Origin: a virus
Lineage: Duplodnaviria > Caudoviricetes
DNA: 54,284 nt
Virus record (IMG/VR): IMGVR_UViG_3300027963_000004
Coordinates: 1 to 54,284 of that record
Reading direction: 5' to 3' (one strand)
The translations under genes and the position numbers were made by a program. This document shows, in pieces, positions 25,948-36,648 of this stretch. The first letter of the stretch is position 1, and each line of letters starts with the position of its first letter. Under the pieces are notes generated by a model. The model made no database searches, was not told the origin of the DNA, and saw only the letters and a list, made by a program, of their open reading frames with translations.

Positions 25948-26721
25948 ATGACCATAACAACACCTACCATTAGGGCTAGTGAGTCAAATCATTGGTATAC
26001 CCAAAATGGTGAGCCGCAATACACTGTGCCATCCAAAAAAGATGGCTCTCCTAGGGCAACTACACTTCGTGATGCTCGCACCATGGCTTTGGTGCCCTCA
26101 GTGACCACAGTTCTGAACATGGCGGCTAAACCCGCCTTGACTGCTTGGTTGCAACAGCAAGTTCTGTATGCAGCCCTAACCCTTCCTCGACGCCCCGACG
26201 AACCTGAAAAAGAGTACATCGACAGAATAATCAACGACTCTAAAGAACAGGGTCGCTCGGCGGCGGATGCGGGGACTGACATCCATGCATCCATCCAAGG
26301 CTACTATGAGGGCAACTTTACAGGCAAACACAATGAGTCTGTGACTGCTTGCTCTAAGGTTATCTATGACATTTTTGCTGAACAGGATTGGATTTGTGAG
26401 AGGTCTTTTGCCCATGCTGATTTGCGTTTTGGGGGCAAGTCTGATCTTTATACCAATGAGGGAGATGGAATTGTCTTGGATATTAAAACCAAGGAATTCA
26501 CCGATTCAGATAAGGTAGAGGGGTATGACGAGCATCTAATGCAATTGGCGGCATATAGGGTGGGCCTGGGTGTTCCAAAGGCTCGATGTGCCAATGTTTT
26601 TGTTAGCCGTAATGTCCCAACCTTGGCAGTTGTAAAGGAGTGGAGTCAAGATGACCTTGAACGTGGTTGGAAAATGTTCATGGCACTACTTGAATTTTGG
26701 CAACTCAAGAACAAATTTTAG
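25948..26721 (+). CDS. PD-(D/E)xK exonuclease
   Basis: PSVTTVL, GTDIH, CE, GGKSDL, LDIKT, QLAAY. Confidence 0.85.
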   Translation: MTITTPTIRASESNHWYTQNGEPQYTVPSKKDGSPRATTLRDARTMALVPSVTTVLNMAAKPALTAWLQQQVLYAALTLPRRPDEPEKEYIDRIINDSKEQGRSAADAGTDIHASIQGYYEGNFTGKHNESVTACSKVIYDIFAEQDWICERSFAHADLRFGGKSDLYTNEGDGIVLDIKTKEFTDSDKVEGYDEHLMQLAAYRVGLGVPKARCANVFVSRNVPTLAVVKEWSQDDLERGWKMFMALLEFWQLKNKF

Positions 26722-26723
26722 CC

Positions 26724-26933
26724 ATGGAAAAAATACAGGCATTCAAGACTAGCGATGGGAGCATCTTTGATGATCATATCCAAGCAGAGAAACATGAGAT
26801 GTTTCTTAAAAAGGACATGATTGTTGAAGAGTTCCTAGATAGTGACCTCAACCCTTATAGTGGGACTCAGAGAGTTATTGCTAGAAACACAATCATTAAT
26901 TGGGAACTATGGAAGGTAAAAAATGTTAAGTGA
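26724..26933 (+). CDS. Hypothetical protein
   Basis: MEKIQAFKTSDGSIF..AEKHE. Confidence 0.6.
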   Translation: MEKIQAFKTSDGSIFDDHIQAEKHEMFLKKDMIVEEFLDSDLNPYSGTQRVIARNTIINWELWKVKNVK

Positions 26934-27144
26934 TGCAACAATTAAACAAATCTATTTTTATTGTGATGAAAAACTACCAAATGCAGTCTATGCAGATGAA
27001 GTAGATATCATTCAATTTGCTCACAAAATTGAGCAATATGTGGCAATGGCGTATGCTAATAAAGAACACGCCCGTTGTGTAGAGATTGTCATGGACATGA
27101 ACCGCGCAGTTGGTGAGGCTTTAAATAATCAACGCCCCAAATAG
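26923..27144 (+). CDS. Hypothetical protein
   Basis: 73 aa ORF in operon. Confidence 0.55.
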   Translation: MLSDATIKQIYFYCDEKLPNAVYADEVDIIQFAHKIEQYVAMAYANKEHARCVEIVMDMNRAVGEALNNQRPK

Positions 27145-27152
27145 GAGTACCC

Positions 27153-27338
27153 ATGGACATTACCCTTATCAGACACCTTGCAAAAGAGTATCAAGAGGGC
27201 AACAGAAACCCAGAGACAATCTTGGCTATTGCTTGCCTAGAGGCTTATGAGCAAGGGTTTGAAGAGGGTGTCCTAAAAACGCAAGAGACTCATTACAATG
27301 CACAGATTTTGTTGCATTGCACCGCGGGAAATGCATAA
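27153..27338 (+). CDS. Hypothetical protein
   Basis: AGGAG SD; AYEQGFEEG motif. Confidence 0.6.
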   Translation: MDITLIRHLAKEYQEGNRNPETILAIACLEAYEQGFEEGVLKTQETHYNAQILLHCTAGNA

Positions 27339-27361
27339 AAAAAGCCCCCCGTGAGGGGGGC
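27337..27361 (-). terminator. Intrinsic terminator at convergence of late and recombination operons
   Basis: GCCCCCC-TCAC-GGGGGGC-TTTTTTT on minus strand. Confidence 0.8.
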
Positions 27362-27396
27362 AAAGAAGGAGAGTGGCAACTGCTCCTCACGTGAAA

Positions 27397-29139
27397 TTAT
27401 TGTTGTGGCTCTTCAGCCCATGCACCTTTCTTACCAAAATAGTCATGGGCTAACCAAACTGGAATCATACCTAAGCCACCTACAGTTCCTATACCTTTTG
27501 CCGCCATACCTGCGGGGCCAACGGGTGGGGTCATTGACAATGCGCCAAAGGCTGCCTCAATCGTACCCAATACGGCACCTGAGTAATCACCTTTTTTGTA
27601 TCGGTCAATTGCCTCATCAATAGACAAAGCAGTTCCTGCACCAGACAATGTATTAGCAAGCACTGGTGACTTGGCTAGTTTATAGCCTAACTGTTGAGCA
27701 ACACTAGGCTTAGACTTAGCGGCTCTCTCTACTGCTTTTTCGGCAACATTGGCTCCAGACTCTGCTTTTTGAACAGCAGTCTGTGCGGATTTTGCCTCTT
27801 TAAGTCTTTGATTGGTTTCTCCAACAGCAGACCCAGTTGTTCTACGAGCCTGTTGGGCTTTCCTAACGCGTTCTTCTGCAACTAATCTTTTTTGCTCTGC
27901 CTCTGCTGCTATTCGTTGTTGCTCTATAGCCTCTCTAGATTGTTTTTCAGCCAACTCTTGCTCAAATTTTGCAGTTCTTTCATCTACTATATCTGATGGA
28001 ACCATTAACTGACCGGGCTTTGGCTCAGTCAATTTCATGTCCGTTTCGCCGAGTTCTTTAATTTTTTCTAAATTTTCAAGGTCTCTATCAAGCAAATACC
28101 TAGCCCCTGTTGGGCTATCTTTTGTTTTGTTTGTAGCCAAATCAAGAATAGCCTCAGGCACTTGATGTTTTTGACCAGCCTCTTGAATCATCCAATTTCT
28201 TGTACCTGAATCTTCTATAATTTTGGGGCCTGATGCTCTGCCGGGGCGCGCTTCTTCAGCAACAGTTGCAGCACTTGTTGGAGCATTTCCAGCAGTTTTA
28301 GAAAAAACTTTTGCCTCTGCCTCCGCGGCTTTTAACTCATCTGCTGCTTGCATTGCCGCAGTTTGACGAGCCTTAAATTCATTCTCAAGGTCTTGAACCG
28401 ATGCCCCAGAGCCAGTTTGTAAGTTTCTTTGAGCCTCAACTAACTTGTCTCTAGCCATTGCAAATTTTTCTTGGGCAGATACCAAACTAGGACTAACTGG
28501 TCTCTGTGGATTTACTAAGGCTTTTTCAATTGCCCCTTTACCAAACCCAAGACCTGCACCCATCCCCGCGGCATCAACAAGTTCAGACTCACGCATGGTC
28601 TGCACTCTCTCTCCAGCAGGTGGAGCAGGCTCTTCGCTAATGCGTTCAGCCTCTGTCTTGCCTGAGTCAAAGGGATTAGTCTCATCCCTCCTAGGCATGA
28701 CATTATTGACTAGTGCATATGCACTGTTAATCTTTTTACCATAAGTCTCTGGGTTGTCAGCATAAGAGCCATTGACTCCTTGTCCTAAACCCATAGTAAA
28801 CTTTTCTACATCTGAACCAGCATTGATGGCTTTAGGATACATCCGTTTTATAAAGTCAACATAGTAGTCAGCAAAGACCTCTGGATCTTCAAACTGCATA
28901 TACTTCTCGCGCTTTTTAGTGGCATTATCCACAGCAAATGTGCCAGAGCCAGAGAAGTCTTTAATGTTTCCTAGGTTGTAGGAATTAGGAATAACAGACT
29001 TACCCCAACCAGTCTCTAAGCCAAACTTGGCAAGGAGAAGAGCGGGGTCAACACCAATCTGACTACCAATTCGTTCGGCTATAGGGCCATATTCTTTGGC
29101 AAAGGTCTCTGGGGTATATGCTTTTTTTTCATCTGCCAT
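27397..29139 (-). CDS. Ejection/internal virion protein with N-terminal GH73 (FlgJ-like) peptidoglycan hydrolase
   Basis: LAKFGLETGWGK..NLGNIK..YADNP; coiled coil; hydrophobic Gly-rich C-terminus. Confidence 0.8.
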   Translation of the reverse strand: MADEKKAYTPETFAKEYGPIAERIGSQIGVDPALLLAKFGLETGWGKSVIPNSYNLGNIKDFSGSGTFAVDNATKKREKYMQFEDPEVFADYYVDFIKRMYPKAINAGSDVEKFTMGLGQGVNGSYADNPETYGKKINSAYALVNNVMPRRDETNPFDSGKTEAERISEEPAPPAGERVQTMRESELVDAAGMGAGLGFGKGAIEKALVNPQRPVSPSLVSAQEKFAMARDKLVEAQRNLQTGSGASVQDLENEFKARQTAAMQAADELKAAEAEAKVFSKTAGNAPTSAATVAEEARPGRASGPKIIEDSGTRNWMIQEAGQKHQVPEAILDLATNKTKDSPTGARYLLDRDLENLEKIKELGETDMKLTEPKPGQLMVPSDIVDERTAKFEQELAEKQSREAIEQQRIAAEAEQKRLVAEERVRKAQQARRTTGSAVGETNQRLKEAKSAQTAVQKAESGANVAEKAVERAAKSKPSVAQQLGYKLAKSPVLANTLSGAGTALSIDEAIDRYKKGDYSGAVLGTIEAAFGALSMTPPVGPAGMAAKGIGTVGGLGMIPVWLAHDYFGKKGAWAEEPQQ

Positions 29140-29141
29140 AA

Positions 29142-30977
29142 TTATTTCTTCCGCTTAATGACGCCATCTACATCTTTATAAAGGCTACCTTGTGGCAGAT
29201 TAACAAATACAGGATCATCTGGTCCTTTTATTTTTGGTGGTTGACTAGGGGCTTCATTTGCAGAATTAGCCTTAGATGGTTCAGTTGCAGGATTGCTGGC
29301 ATCTTTAGGAGCAATTACCTTAGGCGCTTCAGTCTTAGATGTATTTACTCTACCCAATAGGTCTGCATTTGCCTTGCGAATGCGGTCAGCCTGTTGATCA
29401 TAATGGTCACGAATTACGCCCAACTCATCAGACTGTAAGAATTTACGGAATGTGCCTCCGGGATTCTTATCAGTATAAGCAGTCCAAGCCTTGTGAACTT
29501 CTTGGTCAAATTTAGAATCAAGGATAAGAGCCTCAGACTTGAGGCGAACCACTCGAGCCGTATCATTTGATAAGCCTTGTAAGTCATTAGTAAGGCGACC
29601 CTCACTCTCAGTAATAGCACCTTGACCTTGGAGCAGTTTGCGGGACTGAACTTGGAGTTTAGCCACAGACTGTAGATACAAAGTTAATGCATCTCGATCC
29701 TCTGCATTCAACTTATATGTTGCCAATTGCTGCATAGGAAGTCGGACTGCCCCACCGGGAGTTGATAACCCCTCCTGCAAAGCACGCCCAATTGCATCCT
29801 TAATGCCGGGATTGTTAAGCAACTCAAATGCTCTTGGGTTGTTTTTAGCAAATGAAATCATGTCATTTGCAGTATTGATGTTTGTTCTAGCCGCAAGGAA
29901 TGAAGTATCTAACTGACCAATCTTCTTGGACTCTTCTTCATTCTGACGCTTAATTCGATCCGCATTGAGTTCTTTTTCAATCTTCTCTTCTTCAGGAGTC
30001 TTAGGGGCTTGACCGGGTTTGTTCTCAATCCAATTCTTTTTACGAAACCAGTCATTTTCAATCTCTGGATTGCCTGCCTCATCAGCCCTTTTCTTAGTTG
30101 CTTCCCATTCTTTAAATACGCTATAGGGAACTTTTTTAGGGCCTACAAAGCGACCAAAATCAACCTCAATGATTGTGTCAGGGTTTTGTTCTAAAAACCG
30201 TTGTTGGCTGCGAGAGTAAGGGGTGTTGCCAATTTGAATGACATCTTCCCTTTGCATCTTGGCTTGCTCTCTAAGGCTATCACCAAATTCTTTACCACCA
30301 ATCTCATAGGCAATAGCAATGTCTTCATCCGTAATCATCTTAGTTTTACGGGGTGCGCCAGTCTGAGTTACGGCACTACCACCCCCAGGCCCCTCACCCT
30401 TGGGTGCGCCCGCGGCTAGATTAGTCCCGGTAGTGCCAATCTCAGTTTGACCTGCGGCAGTTGGAGTGCGTTCTATACCAGAGCCTAAAGTGGTTTCTTG
30501 ACCCATACCAAGTCGGTTAGCCATGAACTCACTCATTAAGTTTTGCTTGTTCAAAGCCATTTTCTTTTCTTGCAAATCTAACTTCATCTTATTGTAAGAT
30601 TGCTCACGGACTGCCTCTTTTTCAGCCTCATCAGCAGCCATATCGGCGGCATAGCCCATAGACTCACCAAAAGAACCAGTCTTTGTAGGCTTGGCAAAGC
30701 CAGCCGCCATCTTCATCAAGACAGGGTCAAACATTCGGTTCTGACGCGTTCCTAGGCTCTGCTGGAGCAAATCAATTTGATTTGACATGGCTTGCCTTTC
30801 CTCGCGCAATTTACGCAAGGAAGAGGTTGCAAAGTCTTCCTGAGGGGCTTCCTCATTATCCATGCCCGCTATCCGGGCAGCATTCATTCCCACATTAGGT
30901 GTTTGCCCCTGTGGTTGTGCAGGGGGTGCTTTAGGTGGGGCTACTGCATTCAAACCCCCTTGAGGTATATCTGCCAT
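29142..30977 (-). CDS. Putative ejection/internal virion protein
   Basis: 611 aa, helical; GQGAITESEG motif; terminal LPQGSLYKDVDG; ejection-block position. Confidence 0.6.
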   Translation of the reverse strand: MADIPQGGLNAVAPPKAPPAQPQGQTPNVGMNAARIAGMDNEEAPQEDFATSSLRKLREERQAMSNQIDLLQQSLGTRQNRMFDPVLMKMAAGFAKPTKTGSFGESMGYAADMAADEAEKEAVREQSYNKMKLDLQEKKMALNKQNLMSEFMANRLGMGQETTLGSGIERTPTAAGQTEIGTTGTNLAAGAPKGEGPGGGSAVTQTGAPRKTKMITDEDIAIAYEIGGKEFGDSLREQAKMQREDVIQIGNTPYSRSQQRFLEQNPDTIIEVDFGRFVGPKKVPYSVFKEWEATKKRADEAGNPEIENDWFRKKNWIENKPGQAPKTPEEEKIEKELNADRIKRQNEEESKKIGQLDTSFLAARTNINTANDMISFAKNNPRAFELLNNPGIKDAIGRALQEGLSTPGGAVRLPMQQLATYKLNAEDRDALTLYLQSVAKLQVQSRKLLQGQGAITESEGRLTNDLQGLSNDTARVVRLKSEALILDSKFDQEVHKAWTAYTDKNPGGTFRKFLQSDELGVIRDHYDQQADRIRKANADLLGRVNTSKTEAPKVIAPKDASNPATEPSKANSANEAPSQPPKIKGPDDPVFVNLPQGSLYKDVDGVIKRKK

Positions 30978-30979
30978 GT

Positions 30980-31945
30980 TTACTCCACTAGAGTGCCAGT
31001 TGCATCATAAAAATTACCACGACCATCATGGTAAGCCGCTCCCTCAGGAGGATTAGTTGGGTCAATATAACCACCTTCACCCTTATAAATTACCCCGCCA
31101 TCTGCTTTAGGGGTTGGGGTAGGATTATTAAGGAATGAACCAAGCCCAGAAAGTAAGGTTGCAATTTGAGATAAAGGTGAATTGGAATAAGCGCCAGCAA
31201 CTGGGCCAACAGACTGTTTAGTCTCACCAGTAGGAATCTGATACTGCCTCATTAATTGAGAATAGGCTTGTGCTTGGGCCATAGGGTAATCAAGCATTTT
31301 TTGACCTAAAGCCTGTTGCTGACCACCATAATCACTCAAGGCTCTTAATCCACCAAGACCAAGTCCTTGTTGCTGAGTACCTAAATTTCCAAAGGCTTGC
31401 CCAGCCTGTAAAGCGCGAGACAAGTCATTCTGAGCCATTGTTCCAGCCTGTGTATAACCTGACTGCAATGCACCCATTTGCTTACCAATTAAATCAGCCT
31501 GCATATCTCGCAAAGCATTACCAGTAATTTGAGATTGACGGCGAGAGCCAAATTGACCAGTTCCAATAGCCGCTCCACCTAAATTAGGCAATACATTTTC
31601 TTGAATGTTGCGTTGTTGTAGACGCCCCATCTCATTAACCACACCAGAGGTGTAGGGATTCATGTAGTCGCCAATGACATCAGGAACTGTTGTAGCACCC
31701 GCTTGACCTAAAAGTTGAGAGCCTGCACCCATAGACCCAGCACCTGCAAAAGCAACGTCTGGAGCCATCTGAAAGGCTTGCTGTTGTAATGGGCTAAAGC
31801 CAGCCACGCCGCCTTGTTGGACAGCATTCTGACCCAAGTTTGCAATGTCTTGGAGGTAGTTGGTATAGAACTCAGGTGCAGTCTGTTGGGATTGAACCGT
31901 CTGGACTACATCTGGTAGCGGATCACCTTGGAGTAAGCCAGCCAT
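30980..31945 (-). CDS. Putative ejection (DNA pilot-like) protein
   Basis: Q/G/A-rich; VAGFSPLQQQA, YMNPY, GQFGSRR. Confidence 0.65.
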   Translation of the reverse strand: MAGLLQGDPLPDVVQTVQSQQTAPEFYTNYLQDIANLGQNAVQQGGVAGFSPLQQQAFQMAPDVAFAGAGSMGAGSQLLGQAGATTVPDVIGDYMNPYTSGVVNEMGRLQQRNIQENVLPNLGGAAIGTGQFGSRRQSQITGNALRDMQADLIGKQMGALQSGYTQAGTMAQNDLSRALQAGQAFGNLGTQQQGLGLGGLRALSDYGGQQQALGQKMLDYPMAQAQAYSQLMRQYQIPTGETKQSVGPVAGAYSNSPLSQIATLLSGLGSFLNNPTPTPKADGGVIYKGEGGYIDPTNPPEGAAYHDGRGNFYDATGTLVE

Positions 31946-34866
31946 TATTTTGCTCCTTTAAGGTATGAGGTTAGAGTCTTTGTTTTAGGTGGAATCTTAT
32001 TAATTGGTGCAGAGCGTTTGTGGGCGCGAATGCTCTCACGGAACTTATCCAAAGCCTGTGCGCCAGCCTTAGTTGAACCATTACCAATCTGAGCAACAGT
32101 CTCAGCATCAATGACATATTCACCATCAGCAAGCATTGCTGGAATGTCATCCGATTGTCCATCACCCGGACCATGTACTGGTGCGCCATCACGGAAGTTT
32201 AAACGACCATTTGTAACTGGAACATTTGACCATGCAGGCAGTCCACCACTACGCATACCCGGCGGTTTCATTCCCATAGGAGACATACCTTGTGGAGGCA
32301 TACCTTGCGGCCCCATGTTCTGCGGAGCCATACCCTGTGGTGCCATTCCTTGTGGCTGCATACCTTGAGGGGCCATACCCTGCGGAGACATCCCTTGAGG
32401 TGGCATTCCTTGTGGAGCCATGCCCGGCGCGCTTAATCCACCCATAGCGGGTTGTTGAGGCTGTTGCATTGGTTGTGGGTTGTACAAGTTTTGCATTGGG
32501 TCAACAGGCTTACCATAAGTAAAGTAAGTATTATCTGAATTGCCTAAGCCGCCTTGAGGTTGACCGCCATCAGCCATACCCTCTACCTCTTCTGTTTCTG
32601 TCACATCTTCAATAGGAGTATCTATATCTGTGGTCTCATAACCATAGTCACCCTCATTCACAGGGTTAAAACCCGGAGCATTGAGGTTTTTACCCAACTC
32701 AGTACCATAAAGGTCTGGCATCTCCTCAGGAGTTCCATAGTCTTCATAATTAACAAACTTAGCGGGGCCTACACCAAAATCAGTTGTACGCGGATTGATA
32801 TTACCTACTTTAGACATATCAAGGGCTTGTTGGTTTTGACCGCCACCGCCACCTAAAATGTCAGAGTTGCCAAGCAAAGAGCCAAGTATTGCACCCGCAG
32901 CACCAGCACCTAAATAGCCAGAGCCTCCAATTAAGTCTTGGATTTCTTGCCAAGTGCTTTTTTGTTCAGCAGTTTTCTTTTGCTCATCAATAAGGTCTTT
33001 GGGAGTTTGCGGCTTGGTAGTAGGGTTCATTCTTGTGCCGCCCGTACCACCCACATTGGTAATTGGCTTAACATCAACACGACCACCACCCAATGGAATT
33101 ACGCTTCCGCTTGGGTCGTAGACAGTCATGTTTCCATAACCATCGGTCACAATGTAATTACCCTCATCGTCCCTTGTGGTTTGATAACCATCAGTTGTAC
33201 TAGACACATTCCCATCAGAGTCAAATGTCATGGTGCTGCCATCATCAAATGTCTGAATGTAGGAGCCATCATCAAAATATTGAACCCCCGGAGTTGGCGT
33301 GAAATTTGGGGGGCCATCACTCTCTTCAGAAATTCCACTATTTTTTTGAGGTAAATTATTTAAAAATTCTTGTAAATCATCTTGATTTGCTGACTCAAGA
33401 TAGCCACTGTTTTGATAATTTTCAGCAGTATCTACTGGGCCATAGACAACATCACCATCAGCAAAGTGTGGGACTCCACCATTTCTCATCATTGTTATTA
33501 AGCCTCCACGCTTGACCTCATAGTCATCTCCACCATCGTAAGTAAAGCCAGTATTGTCTGCTAATAAATAATCATTTTCATTAGGAAATTCTTCGGCTAT
33601 GATAGTGTCATCATTATATGTTGGCCCGATTCTTGAATTTATATCGTTATCATCATTCGGTAGGGAAGGCCCAGTATCAGCCAAATTCCAAGTACCATCA
33701 TCAGCCAAATTCCAAACTTCATTAGTATCAGGGTCTGTATAAGTGTTGTCAGCAAAATGAGTTGTATCCTCTTCTTCATAAAGAGAATAACCATCATCAC
33801 CTTTAGTTGCAAATAGATTGCCATCGGCTGTATAAATATTGCCATTTGAATCTTCAAAATAGCCATCACCAATATCATTCATGCCATCTGTACTAGCAAC
33901 AGTTGTATCGCCAATACTACGAGTATTCCCCGTTGGTGTAGTTGTTTCAACATCTTCATCAACCTCTGCGGCGCGATAAAGTACAGATGTACCATCAGGC
34001 ATAGTCTTATAAGTGTTGCCCAAAGAATCGGTGGTGTATTCGTCTTCAGAAACATCGGCGGCACGATAAAGTGATGAAGTTCCATCAGGCATAGTTTTGT
34101 AGACGTTACCTAAAGAGTCAGTTGTGAACTCTTCTTTGTCATCACCAAAACCAGTTCCTGTTGGCAATTTAGTTGTTGGGTTTATTGTGCTTGTAGTTGG
34201 CTTTGTTGTACTAGTGGTTGGTTTAGTTGCAGTTCCACCAGTCACAGGCTTTGTAGCAGTTCCACCCAGTGTAGGCTTTGTAGCAGTTCCACCCGATGTA
34301 GGCTTGACAACGCTTGTAACTTTATTTCCACCTGTTAATTTATCAATAACTGCTTTAGTTCCAGCACCAATAACTGCACCAGTAGCACCACCAGTTAGAA
34401 CTTTAGATAAAGTGCTACTACCTGAGGGTGTTGTTTTAGTCACAGTAGGCAACTTACTTGTACCAGTTCCAGTTCCCGTAACAGAAGTAGTTTTAGTTGC
34501 TGGAGTTGATACCGCAGGCTTAGTAAATGATGTCAAAGGTTTAGATGTAGAAGTGCCAGCCTTAGTCTTACCTGTCATTACAGAACTTGGCTTTGCAGTT
34601 GTAGTCGTTGCTTTTTTTGTCAAAGATGCAGGTGTTGTCTTGCTACCTAAGGTAGATATAGCCGTACTAGTTGTGGGCGTTTTGGTAGTTGAAATTGGTT
34701 TAGAACCACTTCTAACATTAGTAATTTTTGAAGTGCCAACCAAAGAAGATGCAGGTCTAGCCCCAGTGCCTAAGCGAGGACTATCTACTGTCCCTCGAGT
34801 AACACTAGTTATTCCACGAGCCTGAGGCAATGATTTATTTGATGTACGTTTAGATAGAATTGCCAT
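31945..34866 (-). CDS. Large low-complexity putative internal virion protein
   Basis: 973 aa; T/K/S-rich N-terminus, acidic repeats, PQGM repeats, C-terminal GPGDGQSDDIPAMLADGEYVIDA domain. Confidence 0.65.
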   Translation of the reverse strand: MAILSKRTSNKSLPQARGITSVTRGTVDSPRLGTGARPASSLVGTSKITNVRSGSKPISTTKTPTTSTAISTLGSKTTPASLTKKATTTTAKPSSVMTGKTKAGTSTSKPLTSFTKPAVSTPATKTTSVTGTGTGTSKLPTVTKTTPSGSSTLSKVLTGGATGAVIGAGTKAVIDKLTGGNKVTSVVKPTSGGTATKPTLGGTATKPVTGGTATKPTTSTTKPTTSTINPTTKLPTGTGFGDDKEEFTTDSLGNVYKTMPDGTSSLYRAADVSEDEYTTDSLGNTYKTMPDGTSVLYRAAEVDEDVETTTPTGNTRSIGDTTVASTDGMNDIGDGYFEDSNGNIYTADGNLFATKGDDGYSLYEEEDTTHFADNTYTDPDTNEVWNLADDGTWNLADTGPSLPNDDNDINSRIGPTYNDDTIIAEEFPNENDYLLADNTGFTYDGGDDYEVKRGGLITMMRNGGVPHFADGDVVYGPVDTAENYQNSGYLESANQDDLQEFLNNLPQKNSGISEESDGPPNFTPTPGVQYFDDGSYIQTFDDGSTMTFDSDGNVSSTTDGYQTTRDDEGNYIVTDGYGNMTVYDPSGSVIPLGGGRVDVKPITNVGGTGGTRMNPTTKPQTPKDLIDEQKKTAEQKSTWQEIQDLIGGSGYLGAGAAGAILGSLLGNSDILGGGGGQNQQALDMSKVGNINPRTTDFGVGPAKFVNYEDYGTPEEMPDLYGTELGKNLNAPGFNPVNEGDYGYETTDIDTPIEDVTETEEVEGMADGGQPQGGLGNSDNTYFTYGKPVDPMQNLYNPQPMQQPQQPAMGGLSAPGMAPQGMPPQGMSPQGMAPQGMQPQGMAPQGMAPQNMGPQGMPPQGMSPMGMKPPGMRSGGLPAWSNVPVTNGRLNFRDGAPVHGPGDGQSDDIPAMLADGEYVIDAETVAQIGNGSTKAGAQALDKFRESIRAHKRSAPINKIPPKTKTLTSYLKGAK

Positions 34867-34869
34867 GGC

Positions 34870-36648
34870 TTAACCTTTTCCCAATAGTGCTGTAAGCCCA
34901 GAGATATTTGTCAATGGGGTTAATTTTGTAACATCCATTTTTTTAGGAGGGACATATGCAGGCGGTTTTGCAAATTGAGATTTTTGCATTGCCGCCATTT
35001 GTTGGGCAGTCATCGTCTTAGGCTTAACCGCGGTCAAACCACTTGTAGGTTTAGGTGCAGCAGTTGGAGTTTTAGCCGCTGTAGTTGGGCGAACCACATT
35101 CTTTGTAAGACCTTTAGTAAGATTTTGACGTATTAAATTTGTTCCTGTTGCAGTCAAAGCCCCTGTAGCCCCTTTACCAAAATTAGATAAGAAATCATTT
35201 GGTTTCTCTTCTATTAAACTTGCTGGTTTAGTTCCTGTTGGGCTAACTGCTGGAGTGCTTTCTCCAGAAATGTCTACAGGCTTATCTTCTTCAACTAAAG
35301 CCTTAACTTGAGCCAAGCCACTTGTATCAGCCGCAGAATTAACATCAATATTTGCACTTGTATCCACAGGAGCAAGCCCTGATACGACTGGTGTTGTGAC
35401 TAGAGTTTCAATTGGCGCAGTAGGCGTAGTAATGTCTTGAGAGACAGTAGCCAATCCACCCGTAGGAGTTGTATCAGTTGTCTCTGTTGTTACCCTAGTA
35501 GGGCTAACAGTATCAATCGTATCTGTTGTATCTGTTGTATCAACTGTATTTGTTCCAGTTGTAGTTGTTGCATCAACTGGCTTAGAAGTATCAACTGTGG
35601 CAATTAAATCAGATACATCAGGCGATAATTTAGCATCAGGAGTCTCTGTCCCAGAAACTGCCTCATCTCCACCTGCGCTCTTAACAAAGTCAGTAATCTG
35701 ACCAGTCAGCATATTGCCGACATTGCTTGCGCCTACATTGAGAAGGTCATTGAAAATCTTATCCCCATCCTTACCCTGAACAAGGTCACGGGTAACTGTA
35801 GAGGCAGCACTTCCAAGCAACTTAGAACCTGTTTCATCACCTACTTCATTACCAACAAAAGAACCTAAAGTACCCGCGGCAAGCCCCTCAACATTCAAAT
35901 CTCCTGTACGAGCAACTTGACCAATTGCTTGACTTGCTACTTGACCAGCCAATTTAGAGCCAGTCTCTGCCGCAATCTCAGACCCAAGGAATCCAGTTCC
36001 AGCAGATATTAATGTGCTTTGAAGAGCGGCATTAAAATCTCCTCCATTAGTAGCCGTATTGACTGCCAACTGCCCAGCCATTTTTTGTAGCATTGGGTCA
36101 GCCTCAGGGAGCAAAGTCTCCCCAATGGTACTCATAATGTTACTTGCACCCTCTGAAAGAGTGCTAAACATATTGCTCATACCCTCAACAGTTGTGCTTG
36201 CTGCTTCAGCAAATGAACTAACACTTGCCGCGCCCTCAGATGCGGCAGTTACCGCCTCAGCAACACTTGCCCCTTCACTTACAAGGCTTGCTGCCTCTGT
36301 AGCCTCAAGAACTGCACTAACACCCAATTCTTCAACAACTGCACTAGCAGCAAAGGTCTCTGCACTTGCAACAGCGGTAACCGCCTCAGTTGCCTCAAGA
36401 ACAGCAACTCCAGCCTCAACCGCCTCTGCGGCTCCGGCTACCTCTAAAATAGTTGCGGCAAAACCAGCCTCTGCGGCAAAAGCCGCCAAAGCATATGGGG
36501 CGGCAATAGCGGCAACAATAAGGATTGGATTTTCAGCAATAGTCTCAACAACTGTCTCAGCAACATCAACAACTGTCTCAACAACATCACCAACAAATTC
36601 AACTGCACCCTCAACTACATCTGATATGGCTTCAATAACGGCACTCAT
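34870..36648 (-). CDS. Putative first ejection protein
   Basis: 592 aa; amphipathic acidic N-helix, hydrophobic ILIVAAIAAPYALAAFAA, Gly-zipper-like middle, T/P-rich tail. Confidence 0.6.
   Translation of the reverse strand: MSAVIEAISDVVEGAVEFVGDVVETVVDVAETVVETIAENPILIVAAIAAPYALAAFAAEAGFAATILEVAGAAEAVEAGVAVLEATEAVTAVASAETFAASAVVEELGVSAVLEATEAASLVSEGASVAEAVTAASEGAASVSSFAEAASTTVEGMSNMFSTLSEGASNIMSTIGETLLPEADPMLQKMAGQLAVNTATNGGDFNAALQSTLISAGTGFLGSEIAAETGSKLAGQVASQAIGQVARTGDLNVEGLAAGTLGSFVGNEVGDETGSKLLGSAASTVTRDLVQGKDGDKIFNDLLNVGASNVGNMLTGQITDFVKSAGGDEAVSGTETPDAKLSPDVSDLIATVDTSKPVDATTTTGTNTVDTTDTTDTIDTVSPTRVTTETTDTTPTGGLATVSQDITTPTAPIETLVTTPVVSGLAPVDTSANIDVNSAADTSGLAQVKALVEEDKPVDISGESTPAVSPTGTKPASLIEEKPNDFLSNFGKGATGALTATGTNLIRQNLTKGLTKNVVRPTTAAKTPTAAPKPTSGLTAVKPKTMTAQQMAAMQKSQFAKPPAYVPPKKMDVTKLTPLTNISGLTALLGKG

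Noticed and set aside
25948-26721. Cas4 / CRISPR adaptation gene
   Set aside because: No four-Cys Fe-S pattern and no array; ordinary phage PD-(D/E)xK exonuclease next to an SSB-like gene
34124-34825. Long Val-rich plus-strand ORFs (also 36059-36685, 47840-48244, 48563-49078)
   Set aside because: Antisense shadows of Thr/Ala-rich codons in virion genes
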